A DNA stretch of 64,000 nucleotides from Raillietiella orientalis (lineage: Eukaryota). Below, one piece after another: positions 48,960-61,497 of the stretch. The stretch covers positions 1,612,001-1,676,000 of the forward strand of contig JAYWIR010000027.1 of assembly GCA_036172245.1 (NCBI GenBank), given 5' to 3'. The notes under the pieces were generated by a model. That model did no database searches. It worked only from the letters and a program-made list of their open reading frames with translations, and was not told the origin of the DNA. Within the stretch, counting starts at the first letter, position 1. Every line of letters starts with the position of its first letter. The position numbers were made by a program, and so were the translations under genes.

Positions 48960-50560
48960 CGGTGGTTCGGTGTGATGCAATCTCCGTGGAAGTGCAGCAT
49001 CAAATTGCTTCGATGCGCATAAAAGGCAGCTGGTTCCAGGCTCTTCCAGAACAATCTGCAACAATTCTTGGAATTCTTCCGCTGATTTAGTATGCTTCCC
49101 ACATTCGCTCCGAGGCAACCTTCCAATTAAGATGAGCGAGGCTCAAGAGTGCAGAAAGTTCTTCCATCGGCGGGAAGCTGATCTGGGAGCTCGGGCTGAA
49201 ACACGGGAGTGTGTGTGTGTTCCACGGCGGATCGAGATCGGCGACTGTTCCCAGGGAGAGGAAGGACGAGCTCCGTGTATGCAAGGAGGATCGCTCCGAC
49301 TCATCCCTCCCTGCTTGCGAGAACGACGGGGCGATGTCCGAGAGAGACGTTGGCTCCCGGAGCAGGGAGAACACGACTACGACATGGGGGACGGAGCCAG
49401 GCGACGACGGGCGGGATTCGGCTGGCAGACCGTCATCCACTCGCGTATCGAACCTGCTGGAAGGAAAAATAGTGCCACCTGTATGATTCGAGAGGTGACG
49501 ATGGTGATTTCCTGTCGTGAGAGCAGCCATATCTCATGATGGGGCGAGGGAAAGGCGTACGTGGAAATGTCCCACGAATTCTCATAGAGGATCCGTCCGT
49601 ACACACACGCGTTTCTAATTCGCACATGTGGCACTGAACGTGACATAGGAGGGAGGAGACAGAACGTTTCATCCGAGCCGTCTTCATTGTACACGTTTGT
49701 AGCAAGCTGCAGGATTGGTAATAAGCGATCCTCTCCATTCCCCAGGAAACAAGCAACAATGATCGCGAAGGGTGGATGTTTTTTTTTTTTCTCATCTCCC
49801 AGGAAACACGCAACAATGGTCGCGAAAGGTTTCTTTTTTTTCCTCTCTCGTCTCCCGGGAAACCGGTTTCAGAGCTTCCTTTCTCTTAAGGAGATTGCTG
49901 GTTAGTGGGTCGAATGCACAATCTTTCTGGTGAAGACCTTGAGCGATGTAGGACGGCTGCAAAGCACGATGCCATGGGAACACGATCGAGTGCTCTCCAT
50001 CTTGCGCGCGAAGACCGGGGCGCCAGGGAGCGTCGCTCGTGGATTTGGCTGCGATTTTCGGTCGGGAGACTCCCAGCCATTGACAGCCGGTGGTCCAGCG
50101 AGCGTCCTTAAAAAGCTGTTTGCCCTCACGTCTTCTCTCCCTATCTCTCTCTCTTTTCCCTTCTTCTAATTTTGGATGATGCATCGGAGTGGGAAGTTTT
50201 CTAGTGGGAAGTGGGAAGGTTTCTAGCACTGCCACTTCCGTAACTGATAGAAAAGATGGCTTAGAACGAAGGACCTCAGCGGAAAAGGGGGAGCCGCTTT
50301 CCCTTTTGGCACCTTTTATCTGACTCTCAAAAGTCGCCTTCAAGAGCCGACCTCTCTTCAGCAGCAGGAGGGGCCGCAAGCGTTCCTCTTCCCCATCTCC
50401 ACACAGAGAACTGGTCCCCGCACTCAACCCGACCAGCTGCACAGGGCTTCTTGTTTCCTTCCATCCCTGTTGCTTCCCTAATGATGTCTGCTGATGGTCC
50501 ATAAAGCTTCAGGAAGCACATTTTTTCGTTCATTCCTGACACGGATGGTCCGCTGGAATA
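48960..50560 (-). pseudogene. Possible CRN/RHS-type P-loop NTPase pseudogene
   Basis: Across frames: 'PVFARK...GIVLCSRPTSLK' (degenerate Walker A context), 'VCTDG', 'FPPMEELSALL...EAY*ISGRIPRIV' (GGIPR). Lower GC than the surroundings; stops and frameshifts. Confidence 0.35.
49741..49864. repeat. ~57-bp tandem repeat, about 2.2 units
   Basis: CCCAGGAAACA(A/C)GCAACAATG(A/G)TCGCGAA...T-run at 49741 and 49798, partial unit at 49854. Confidence 0.9.
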
Positions 50561-51399
50561 AGAGGACTAAGAGGGATCTTCCTCGGAGATCTTTTGACTT
50601 TTTTTCGAAGATGGACCGGGTGTGCGACCTCCTGTGATCCATTCCATCCTCCGACGGAAGAGGGACGGGACGTCTGAGTGGGAGCGAAAGGGATGCAGGA
50701 AAAGGGGGAAAACGATCAGCCGGTGCAACGCATGAGAGGACTCAAATGACCAAATTTCAAACAGAGGTAGAGGAAAGGGAGAAGGGGGAAGAAGAAGGAG
50801 GGAGGAGGAGAAGGGATGAAGAGAGAAGGAAGAGGAGCTGTAGCAGAGCAAAAAAAGGACGTGGGATACTCCCGCGATCTCACATAATCTGTCTCCAAAT
50901 CCTCTGAAATCGACTGGCAGCGGATCCTTCCTGTCCCTTCCGCACCGCTCTGTTCGACGAGGGCTCAGGAAGCCCCCGGGATGGTTTCCGACCGCAAGCG
51001 ATCGGGGTGACCTTCAGGGTCGAGGATGGAAAGGGAAGCGGGAGATTTCTGTTGCGATGCGTTGCGCTGAGCGAGCGTTTCTGAAGGTCGGGAGGGCGCA
51101 CGGACGGACACTCCTGCAGCACGGAGGCGGCGACTCCGAAAAAGGGACCTGAACGTCCTTCCTTGACTTTCTGGCGGTTTGTCTAGGAGGTCATCCGGTC
51201 AGCACTTCCGGCTCACCGTACTCAAAAACTGGAGGGAGAAAAAAACGATAGTCGCCATTTCTCTCTCTCTCTTTCTCTACACGGTAACAACAAAAGAAAA
51301 CAAAAGAAAAAAAGGAAGGCGAATGGGGGCCAAAAGAGGAGGCTGAAGCAAGCGTCACCTCGGGCGGTGCTCCGGGTGTCGCCAGGGCGAAGCGATCCA

Positions 51400-52700
51400 G
51401 GCTCACCTCGGAAACCGAGGAAGGACTGGTGTTCAAGAGTGCAATTCCCTGGAGGGGTGGAGAGGGACCAGGGGTTGTCGAGAAAGGCGCGGATCCGAAG
51501 TCCGTCCCTCGTGAACCTTTCGGTTCCGCTGCGCCAGTGCATGCTTGCGGGTGCGCCTCTCCCGCGCGTGCGCTACGGCCGCGGAGACCACGTCGGCTTC
51601 GTCTCTCCGCAAGGAGGGCAACGGAGACCGTGCAGCTTCCGTTTCCGGTTCGCTCCGGCATCGGGCAGGAGCGCTGCTGTCTGAAGGTCATCCGCCCTCA
51701 GCGGCGACGCCCAGCGCTGCGCTGACGAAGAAGAGATTCCTTTCGAGAAGGCGGACGGGCCGAGGAGGGCGGGCGGTTCAAGGACGCCGCCGTGTTCTTC
51801 GCTCGCGCGTCCCAGGAGATGCGAAGAAGGCCGCCCGAAAGCGCGTGGCGGAAGAAGGGCGGCAAAGGGAGGGGTGGAGGAGCTGGGTGGGGATCCCGAG
51901 ACCACCGATTGGTCATCTCTCTGGCGATGGCACCGCGAGTGACCAGGCAGCGGCTCTCGTCCCTCTCCCCCCTCTCCCCGGAAGGGGCTGCTTCGAAGCT
52001 CTTGCGAGAACCCGCTAGTGGAGGGAGGTTCCGTGGCGCTTGCAACCGGCTCATTCCCTCAGTCCGGTCTGGAAAGAGGAAGGGAGGAGGACTCCTGCCA
52101 TCTCTTCCGCTTCTCTCCGTGGGGCCCTTATTCCTCATGACCAGGTCCACCGAAGACGGGAGAGTGGGGTTGAAAGATGGTGCTATTGGCTCTCCGCGGC
52201 CTCTGCTCTCCACTTCACCACTCTTCGGCTGCTGTTGTGCGCCACCACCGGCTTCATGATGCTCGGCGAGGCGTCGCTCCCGCACCACCTGGGAGCGCGA
52301 AGGTTCTCTTCCGTTCCAGCAGGAGGTGGTGCCAGTGGGTAACTCGTAGGTGGAGTGGTCTTCTGACCCGCCCCGGGAGGGGTCGGGGGCTCCGCTATAG
52401 CCTAAAGGGCCGCGCCTTCCGAAAGCTGGCCGTCGAGGGACGGGGGGGCAAGCCAGCTCCGTGTCGTGCCTCCTCGCGCTGGTATTCCGTTCCACCCTGG
52501 GCCCGCGTCCAGCAACCGGGGTCACGCGCATCCTCTGCATTCTTCCTGGTCTCCGTCCGCTCTAGCTGATGACCTTCCCCGGCGACCTTCATCTCGTTCA
52601 CGGATCCCCGAAGTAGGGGCGGGCTACATAGGCAGGGGAATCCCTTCCTATCGTCCTCCATCCCTGACATCCGTCCCCGAGGTCGTGAGGTTCTCCTGCC
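51400..52700 (-). mobile_element. Decayed non-LTR RT (domains 1-6)
   Basis: 'KNAEDARDPGCW', 'RGEPIAPSFNPTL' (RT4), 'FLFPD' (RT5). Confidence 0.45.
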
Positions 52701-53749
52701 CCCCGGATCGTTTCTATCCGTGGACGAGGAGGTTTCCCTCCACAGTTTTGTGGTTAGGGAAGAGGTGCGGTTGGGAGCCGCCCTCCGCCCTCTGTGACTC
52801 TCCCCGCAATGTCGGTACGCCGCATCTCGCGCCGGTGACCCAGCGCTTTCTGGAGCGCTTTCTGGTGGCTCTTCCCACCTTTCCAGGAACCCCAGTCCAT
52901 TTCCCTCTTCGCTTCTCGTTCCCTCCTCTGTGCCCCCCTCCTCCCTACCGGCTCGCTGTCCTCTCCGTAGCGTCCAGTAAAGGTCTTCCGTCCGGCCGCC
53001 GCTGCTCCCTCCCCCTCTCCCTTTCTACTCTCCTATCAGTTTCGGGACGAAAGATCGAGGGAGGAGGGGAAAGGGGCGATTGCTACTTCTCTTCCTCCCA
53101 CCTTTCTGGATGCGTGCACACGCACATCCACGTTGTCCTTTGTTTTAGGATTGACACCAGCAGCACTGGCTCGAAGCTCCGTGAAAGCCGCGCGCGCGTG
53201 CTAGACGTCTGATGCCGGCTGAAAGGCATGGAAGGAAAAAAAGAAAATGGGCGGTGCCAGTTGGCAGCTTCCTCTCACGTGGGGAGACGGGTGGGAAGGG
53301 CGGAACATCGCGAAGGATGGGGCACTGGACAGGAGCAGGCGGGAGGAGGGGACGGTGGCGGTGGTGGAAAAGCAGGAAGAGCCCGGGCGAACCGGGTCGC
53401 CTCGAGGAGTCGTCACGACTCCCACGCGGAGCCAAATCCTGCGGTCCCGCGTCCCCCGAAACCGTCGCCTCCCCGCTCTCTCTCTCTTCGCGGAGCGACG
53501 GGGATAAAACGGTTCGGAGGAATGGAAGGACCCCCGCTCTCTCTCCCGCTGACCCGCAGCCGACGCTTCCAGTGGCGCTTGGAAATATAGGGATGGACCG
53601 CCTCCCATTTCGGAGAGGGGAGACGCGAGTTCACCCGAGAGAGAGAGGAGAGCCGCTTTCCCCTGCTCCGGCTGCGCGTGATCCGGGCCGGCACTCGGCA
53701 ACGCACGGTGGAGAGCTGGCGGACGGAAGCATCGCGCGGAAGCTGCGGT

Positions 53750-55340
53750 GAACGGGAGTGCTGACCACTCCGGAGCTGGCTGGCAACTGGTGGCGAAGAC
53801 CCAGATGAGCACGTCGCCGGGGGAGACGGAAAAACAACCATTGCTCGAGCGAGAAGCAGCATTGTTGCAGGCCGCAACAATGGAAGCAGGAGGAGTGCGC
53901 GCGCTCATGGGGGGGTGGAGGGACTCTGGATTCGCTCCTCCTGCGCTGGCCATCCGGCCGCGGGGTGCCGTTGGCATGCGGGGTGATCATCTCCCCGTCG
54001 TCCCGCGGTGCTCCTCCCGTTCGCTAGTGCGCGGCCGCCGTCATGATTCGTATTCACGGAAACGAGGAACCCCCACCCGCGTGCAACCCGATCCCAGCTC
54101 CCTCTTTACCCCCGGGCTCCTCTGTCTCCATCCAGGGGAGAAAATCTGCCGCTCTGCAGGGCGCATAGAATTTTCGGGAAGAGGATCCATACGTGACGCA
54201 GGCATTGGGAAGTTCCCGCAACGCCTCCGCCGGGTAGATGGAAATTTCCCGAGAAGAGCCGAGACACGAGGGAGGATATATCCTCGCATCTGTGATGGAT
54301 CGGCACTCGTGCCGCGGTTGGGGGGAGGGGAGGGAGGGAGGGTTACAGGGTGGGGAATTTCGACCGGGACGCTTCGTTTCCTGTAGAGGGAACGGCAGCA
54401 CCCAGTATTTCCGGGAGGAAGCAGAGGCAAGGGACTTCCTACCTCTGCGGTTGCACTGTTCCAGGGGAAGGAAGGAAAAAAACGCAGGACAGGAAGCGAT
54501 GGATGGAGTTGCCATTTCCCCCGGTCAATCCCAAACATTCCGGCAGGACTTCTTGAGCAGCCCTTCGGGAGTCGCCTCCCGACAACAGAAGAGAAGACGG
54601 GGAAGAGGACGGAGGCGTCGATAACCGTCTCATCGTTGGGATGGCTTTGGAGCATCGAGGGAACTGAGCTAAAACTCCTTTACGAGGAGCCCCTCGGTCC
54701 AAGAACACTGTGGAAACACCGCAAGACGAGGCTGGAGCTGCCAATCTCGAAGAAGAGGAAAGGGAAAGATCAGTTAGCAAGCGAACTCTCAGCAATAGAT
54801 CGGACTCCTTCCTTCGGCTCAGACCTGACATTGCTCTTGCTCGAATTCTTCGTCCTCTCCCCCCTTTGCTTCTCGAGGTTTGAAACCTTCTCTAGCCTCC
54901 TACTTCCCGGACGGAGGCTCACTCCCCGCAACAAGTCACGCAGCTGCTGCAGGACGCGTCCGGAAAGCGCTGCACCGCCATCTGGGAAAGACGTGAATTT
55001 GAGATAAGCGGGAAGTTCCTCCGGCCACGTGATACACGTGTTGGTCTCCGGACGACGGAGTCACGATGCAGCCCGCGCTCCAAGCTTGTCGACAGGTGCC
55101 ACCCGAATCGCACGCTCGGCGCCTGGAGGCGAAGTCCCAGCGATTGTCACCGAGCGATGCAACAATCCCTTGGGCTCCCTTCGCTGCTGTCCGCGATCTG
55201 GAGAGAGAGGAAGCAGCTACGGAAAGCCCAACAATGACTTGAGACCATTGTCGCAGCCTACGAGCGACAATGGCCTGTCGCAGACACGGCGGACCATTGT
55301 TGGCGAATGATAAAGGGGCCAATGTCCGTCTCGACGCTTG
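53750..55340 (-). mobile_element. Decayed L1-like APE, linker and RT0-3
   Basis: 'SFANNGP...VIVGLS...GAQGIVA' (APE), 'GKWQLHPSL' (L1 G.WKLN.SL), 'EALRELP...KFY', 'ITPHANG'. Confidence 0.55.
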
Positions 55341-56399
55341 TCGAGTAAGCAGGTAACCCCGAGCGCTCATCAAAGTCCTTTCTGCCCCCTCTTTCTTTTC
55401 GGCCCAAACCCGTGTTTGGGACCGGTCACTTGGAGAAACGGCGTCATCCCCCCCAAATCCTCACTTCCGGACTCGCAGGAAAACTTACGGAAAACACGAG
55501 GCAACAGTTCTCGGGCGACCGGGATGCGCACAAAAAAAAAAACGCGACAAGGGAGCGGGGGAGAAGGGAGGGTTTCAATTCGACGCGGATTTCCAAAGAC
55601 TCCGCCCCGCGAGCCGCCGGCTTTTGGGGGGGAAGGTGGAATGCGGATGGGGAACGCAGCTCTTCATCCCCTCCCTCCTTCCCCTCCCCCCCTCCCCCTC
55701 TTTTTTTTTTCCGCAGCACGGTCGTTCCATTTGCTGCAGCTCTCTTCCGCTCTCGCCCCATCCTTCTCTCGATCAATTAATCGGCTTAACTTTAACTCCC
55801 AGAGTTCCTACCAGAAGTTGCCCTCTCTCTCGCACGGAGCGGTCACGTGTCGTGTTTGATAGTGAGAGTGACTTTCGCGTTAGCGAGAGCATGTAAACAA
55901 TCACTGTCGTACGTATGAAAACACTCTGCATTAGACAAGAGGAAAAAAAGAAAAAAGAAAGGAAAGAAAGAGAGGGAGAGAGTCATGTTGCTCCTTCGCC
56001 ATTCTGCAAGGGGACGCGGGTGCTCGAAGGACGCGAAGCAGCGTTTTCCCCGAGACCGATCCGCACGCCCCGATTCTGAAGGTCGTTCGCTCGGCTCCCA
56101 AGAGGCGGATCGTAAATGCGCACGGAGGTGGCGGCGGCTGCGGCGCGACACGCGTTCCCGGTCGGTGCTGCCGCGGTGGACGCGAGCGGAACGAAGCCGC
56201 GCTCGGAGGCGAAGGGACCGGGGGAGAGCATCAAGGGGGGATTCCGCTCCTCCGCATGCTCTGCGTCCCCCATGCTCCTTTCCCAGGGTCGCTTCCCTTC
56301 GCCTCCAGTCTGGGCGCGCGCCGCCCTCTAGGCCGCGCTCGATCCTGGTTTCCGGTGCGCGCGCCGATCAACTACACACTCTAAAGGAATCCACTTCCT

Positions 56400-57700
56400 C
56401 TCTCCTCTATGCGCTCGAAGTGGCCACCTTCCAAATCTTCCGCGGTCAGCTCCTGCAACCCAAAGGGTCCCACATGAGGGGGAGGGAGGTCTGCCCTTCC
56501 TCGCTGACCAACAGAAAAAAGAGCGGAGGAACAGCGAACGCTCACGTGTACAGCAGTTCCTGTGTGTCAATTCCGACAACCCGCTCTCCTTTTTTTTGGA
56601 TCCCTACTTTTCGTTGACCCTTTAGAAAGCGATTCTTTGCACGCTCAGGCGACCGTTTTCCCGGAGAGGGTGCCCCCAACGCCCCAGCCGTGCCCCACCT
56701 GAAAGAAGGAGACCTCTGCCCCCTCCCTACTCCGTTTCCCTAAGACTCCAGAGCCATGAGAACCCTCGGGCGGGTCTTGGATCTCCGCGGTCGGGCAGAC
56801 AAGAGGGTGAGTCCTCGGGGACTCTAGACTAGGCTGATGCTCCGCTCCGCAACAAATCTGCCGGCTTCCTTGCGAGGAAAGAGAGAGGGAAGGAGGGAGA
56901 CCCGCGGTTCCTTCCCAGTTTCCCGGGACGCCGGGACGGACTTGGGCGCCTTCGTGCACCAGCTAGGGACCCGCCGTGGTCCCGAACGCGGGATGCTTCG
57001 CCCTCCGGCGCTTCCTCGGACTCCACGGTTTTCGCTCACCCGCCATTCTTCCCTGCCCCTCCTCGAGGTCACGAATCCGCGGATTTCCAGGCCATGGCTA
57101 ATTGGTAGCTTGCCTAAAGGGATTTCCCTTGACCTCCAACCCGGCGATTTGTGATCTGCCTGCATCCAGGACGCAATTCTCTGGCCCTTCGCCAGATCGT
57201 GCTCGGCTGTAGGATGGCGGTCGCTGCCTTGTCTTCTGAACAGCGACGGCCACATCCACGGTCACGCACCTGCCCGCCAGTGAACTCGGCCGGTCGGGAG
57301 TCCCCTCGCCCCCAGAAGTTTCGCCATCCCAGGTCCCTCTTTCCTGCCGATGGAAGAGGAGCGGGGAGGGAGCTCCAACGTATACAGTCGCGCGCGAGCG
57401 GGTTCTCTGGAGTCTCGCCCGGTGACCGAACTCCCTCCCGGAAGATTCCCTTCGGAGCAGATCCGTGAAACGCCACCTGGAGGTTTTGAGGGGTCAGCTG
57501 GCTCTCGCGCGACGGGTGGCTCATCGAAGAGCCTGAGCGAGCAAGAGCGGTAGGAAACCGTCCGGCCGAACCAGGCGCGAGGCGAATCCGGTGGACTTTT
57601 CCCATCCAGCAGGGGTCACGGTGCCCGCAGACGGAGATGACCTCCCTTTTTTCTCTGAGAAAATGAGTCCTCTTCCCATCCTTGCTACCTTGTTCTCCCC
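56400..57700 (-). mobile_element. Decayed RT fragment; likely donor of the 175-bp insert at 59548-59722
   Basis: 'PAGWEK', 'QVAF', 'VKGNP'. Confidence 0.3.
57405..57579 (+). repeat. 175-bp inverted repeat arm (partner 59548-59722)
   Basis: Reverse-complement match with scattered substitutions. Confidence 0.95.
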
Positions 57701-58299
57701 GGGCTCCCCTTCATCCCCTCCTCTGGCCACCTCGAAAGCGCATTCCTCTCCGAGCAGTAGCCCGCTTCGTCCACTCTTTCACACGCCTCCCCCCTCCCTC
57801 CCTCCTCCTTACCGCGCCTGCCTGTCGCGTGCGGACCGCGGAGGGAAGGCGCGAAGCAACAGCAGCAGATCGCATCGGGAAGGGAGGGAGCGGAAACAGT
57901 CGGGGCGCCCCCTTAAAAGCAAAACCCCAGGAACGCTCCGCGGGTGCGCCATTTTTGCCTGAGTGGATCCATCACCGGTGCCTGCTTCGTTCCGCTAGGA
58001 CTACGGGAGCAATTGCACGCTGCTGCTGCCGCCGGAGTCGCAGCGGGGGGTCGCAGTCGCAGCTTTCCGAGCGCTCGAAAGATCAGTAGACGTCCCGGTT
58101 GTTTTCGGGAGGAGAGAAGCGAGGGTTTTCCGGGTCTCCACGAGATAAAGGCACTGGCCGGGAGCTTCTCCAGCCAGAGCTGGGCAGGTGCTTCGGCGCC
58201 GACTTCGCTCCACATGGCCAAACCCGCCGCAGTTGTCCTGGCGGCACCACTTGAAGGCCGTCTAGCGGTCAGCGACGACCCCGAGCTGCGTCGCGTAAA

Positions 58300-58800
58300 G
58301 GACGAAACCCCCTCCCCTCCCCCGTCCTCGCGCACAAGAAGGGTCCATTTCGTTTCATACGGCGCTTCCCAAATTCGGCCCCCACACGGAACGGGCGTGT
58401 AGGCGCGCACGCGGCGCTCCCAACGCGTGGGGCCGCGAGCAGCGGGAGACAGCAGCTCTCCGCATAGAGTTTCCATGACGAAGAGAGTGAAAACCCGCAC
58501 GTCTTCTAGCCAGGCGAGCCACACCGCCTGCGCAGGAGTCTCTTCTTTCCTTTGGGCAGTGGTCCCGCGGCAACCCGTCCCACCGGGAACTTCTCGACTC
58601 AGACAGGTGACCGTGCGCTGACCAAGGAGGACTCCTGGATCTCCTTCCGCCCCCCTTCCTTCCTCCGCGAACGGCGGCGCCCGGCTGCAGGAATCCGTTC
58701 GCACGTGGGCCAAGGAGAACGAGCCGAGCCCCGGGGTCACACGGCAGCGACTGCTGCGCACCCCTTCTGTAGCAGCTGCCCGCTCCAGCGTCGTCGGCGC
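58300..58800 (-). mobile_element. Decayed L1-like C-terminal fragment
   Basis: 'KEETPAQAVW' and 'RIWEAPY' in ORF 57913..58761. Confidence 0.3.
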
Positions 58801-58929
58801 GTCATCCCACCGAGTTGCCCATGGGGGGAAGGAACCTCTCTGGCCGCGGTGCTCTGCCTTCCTTGAGGGAGAGCATCGGCAGCAACCTACCAGCAGAAAT
58901 GGGGAGGTGAAATCGCTACCGGGAGCAGG

Positions 58930-59950
58930 GCGCTAGGTGGTTGGACCACGGGCTAGCTGCTCGACACTGCGACTCCCCGCCACACCTCCGCACCTGAAGG
59001 ACTTTCGCGCTGGGGGTGAACTGCTAGGAATTCCTCGCGAAGCTCTCGAATGGGTCTCCTCACGTGGGCCCTTCCCAAGTGGCGGGAGTCGGTGCCCCTG
59101 CTGTTGCACTGGGGTCTCCCGTGCAACGTCCGCCGGCATCATCGGACCGGGATTAAAGGGAGTGGACCCAAACTGCAGCGGGTGCGGGGAACGCGAGTCC
59201 TGCGCGCACCTCCTCGTGGGCTGCGTTGACCCGACCGTTGCAGGACGTTTCGAGGCGACAAGCCTCCGGACCCCATGTGGCGACCCCAAGGATGCACCGA
59301 AATCCCTCTTTGTGTGCCATGCCCTGCTGCCGGCCGCATCCCCAGCAGCTCTTCGCTGCCCACGCGGGATTGTGGCAGTCTGGACCGACATCAGAGGAGG
59401 AGGCCGCGCCAGGGACGCCATCCACTTCACCCTACGTTTTTTTTTTTTTGTTGCAGGGGGCAACGAGACGGCCTAACCTCAGGAACACGCAAGAAGAACA
59501 CTTGCCGGCATCCTCAGAAGGATGCAGAGGACGACCCCTAGCTGGCGCGCGCCTGGTTCGGCCGGACGGTTTGCTCCCGCTCTTGCTCGCGCAGGCTCTT
59601 CGATGAGCCACCCGTCGCGCGAGAGCCAGCTGACCCCTCGAAACCTCCAGGTGGCGTTTCGCGGATCTTCTCCGAAGGGAATCTTCCGGGAGGGAGTTCG
59701 GTCACCGGGCGAGACTCCAGAGGACGACACCCCTGTGACCCCTTCCCGTGACCCTTCCCCAAAGTTACTTTATTTTGTTCCCTTGCTTCCCTTCTGCTGT
59801 CTGGGACCACCCTCCCCGGTCTGCGCACCGGACTCTCGTCAGGTTCCACATTGTCTGGACGTGGTAGGGCCGATGGCCCTAGTACTTGCATATCGTTTTT
59901 TTTTTAAAAAAAAAAAAAAATAAACGCTGCAGCCAACCCGGGTGAGAATC
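58930..59950 (+). mobile_element. Family B L1-like 3' fragment carrying a 175-bp foreign insert
   Basis: Intact CCHC 'CSGCGERESCAHLLVGC' at 59174-59224; C-terminus and 3' UTR align with the other family B copies. Confidence 0.8.
59548..59722 (-). repeat. 175-bp inverted repeat arm (templated insert)
   Basis: Matches 57405-57579; absent from the other family B copies. Confidence 0.9.
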
Positions 59951-60700
59951 CATGACGACGAATTCCCGCCCGGTCCGTCCCCCGCCTTAAAGAAAGAGCG
60001 CTTTGAAAACCGGCGCGTGCGCAGATTGCCCCGACGATTCGGCAAGAAGAGCCAAGGGCCTTTCCCTGCTAGGGAAACGCAAGAGTGGCCTCTGGCCGTG
60101 CGAAAGGATCCGCCCTCGCCATCCTCGCGCGCTCGAGTGAAAAAGCAGAAGGCAGCGCTCCACGATCCGAGGCGAGCGCTCCCGGCGGCAACAGCTGAGG
60201 GCTGCCGTCCACTTCCCGTGCTGCCGGCACCCAAGCGGAACAGTTCGATCATGCGTCTCGCTCCTCGCCGGCACCGGCAGCAACGGGTTTTATCAGGCCA
60301 CCATCGAAAGATGGCTTCGCCTCCCATGCTCCGAGCAGACCAGGGCGGGCGGAGGAGCTCGCCGGCGCCCCCAACCAACCTTTGCCTGGATGCTTTTACG
60401 CTCGGGCGCGCGCCGTCCTTCCTGAATGCTCTTGGGGTTGTCCGGATGCTGGGAAACCCGGAGGACCGTTGATGAACCAGCGCCGTCTTCTCAGATGACC
60501 CCCCGCTCAGCCTTCTTCTGCCAAGATTCCGTCCGGGACATCGACCGAGCACTCTTTGCATGGACCCATCTATCCCTCCCTCTCTTTGCTGCCATTTTTC
60601 CCTGGACCTTCCGGCGGCGGGCGTTTCCGCTGCCAGGATTCATAGAGTGACGGTGATTTCCGTGATCGCTGTCGGTGCTTCCTCCGCGTAACCTCGGAAA
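59950..60700 (+). mobile_element. Decayed non-LTR RT (domains 1-4)
   Basis: 'GCRPLPVLP', 'QQRVLSG', 'TNLCLDAF' in ORF 59942..60472. Confidence 0.4.
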
Positions 60701-61497
60701 CGACGGGAGAACGGTGCGCTGGAGTTACGACCGTCAAGGCGTGGGCGATGATTCTCCCGCACGGCCGAAACAGAAGAGACAGCTGGTTGCCGTGCGGCTG
60801 GCTGCAAGTCACGAAAGAAAAACAGACCACGGGTCTGAAAGCTGGCAACGCTGCCCCTCCTCCCAACGCATGCATACATATACATATATGTATACACACA
60901 CTTGCGTGGAAGAGGCGGAGAGGAAGATGGAAGATGGCATGCGCCCAGCTTCCCCCGCTCGCTCGAGCCGTCCAGAGGCCGGGTAGTCGCGCGGCGCTCT
61001 GCAGGTGCCGCCGGTGCCGGGTTAACCTTGGAGAAATTCAAGCGACCACCCCACGGACTGCGACGAACGATCTTACGTCACCCACCCGTTTTGCGCTTGG
61101 TCAGGTGCACTTCCCGTGCCCGTCGCAATCGCTCCGCCTTGACATTCTGAAAATAGACCGAATCGCTTTTATTTGTTCAAGGCCGCTACTGTCCATTGTC
61201 GCGTCATTTCCGGATGGAGGAGGAGGTGGCGCGAGGGCGCAACGCGCAGGCCGGCAGCGCGCGAGAGCATCCGTCCCGTCCCAAGTGGCGCGCGCCCGTG
61301 GTTTTACGGAGAAGGCAAACAGCCTCCTTCCCCCCCCCCCCTCATCGCCAAACGGCGACACTTTGCTGGCGTTTTGCGGCGGCTGCCTTTGTAGATGGCA
61401 ACCGGGGGGGGGGGGGGCATCCTTGCCTCGAAGACGCTGGCGGCTGGAGGAGGGCAAAAGGAGGAACGACGCTTCCTCTCAGAGGTCCGAGGCGGTA

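Noticed and set aside
49040..49110. Stop-codon reassignment (TAA within 'EAY*ISGRIPR')
   Set aside because: The same relic has frameshifts and other stops, so ordinary pseudogene decay suffices. There is no intact gene here to test the code.
49741..49864. CRISPR-like array
   Set aside because: Only about 2 units, no unique spacers, no cas genes, eukaryotic context.
59170..59250. HDV-like ribozyme core (CAC-CTCCTC-GTG)
   Set aside because: It lies inside the CCHC coding motif of the L1-like element; P1.1 and the catalytic junction cannot be built.
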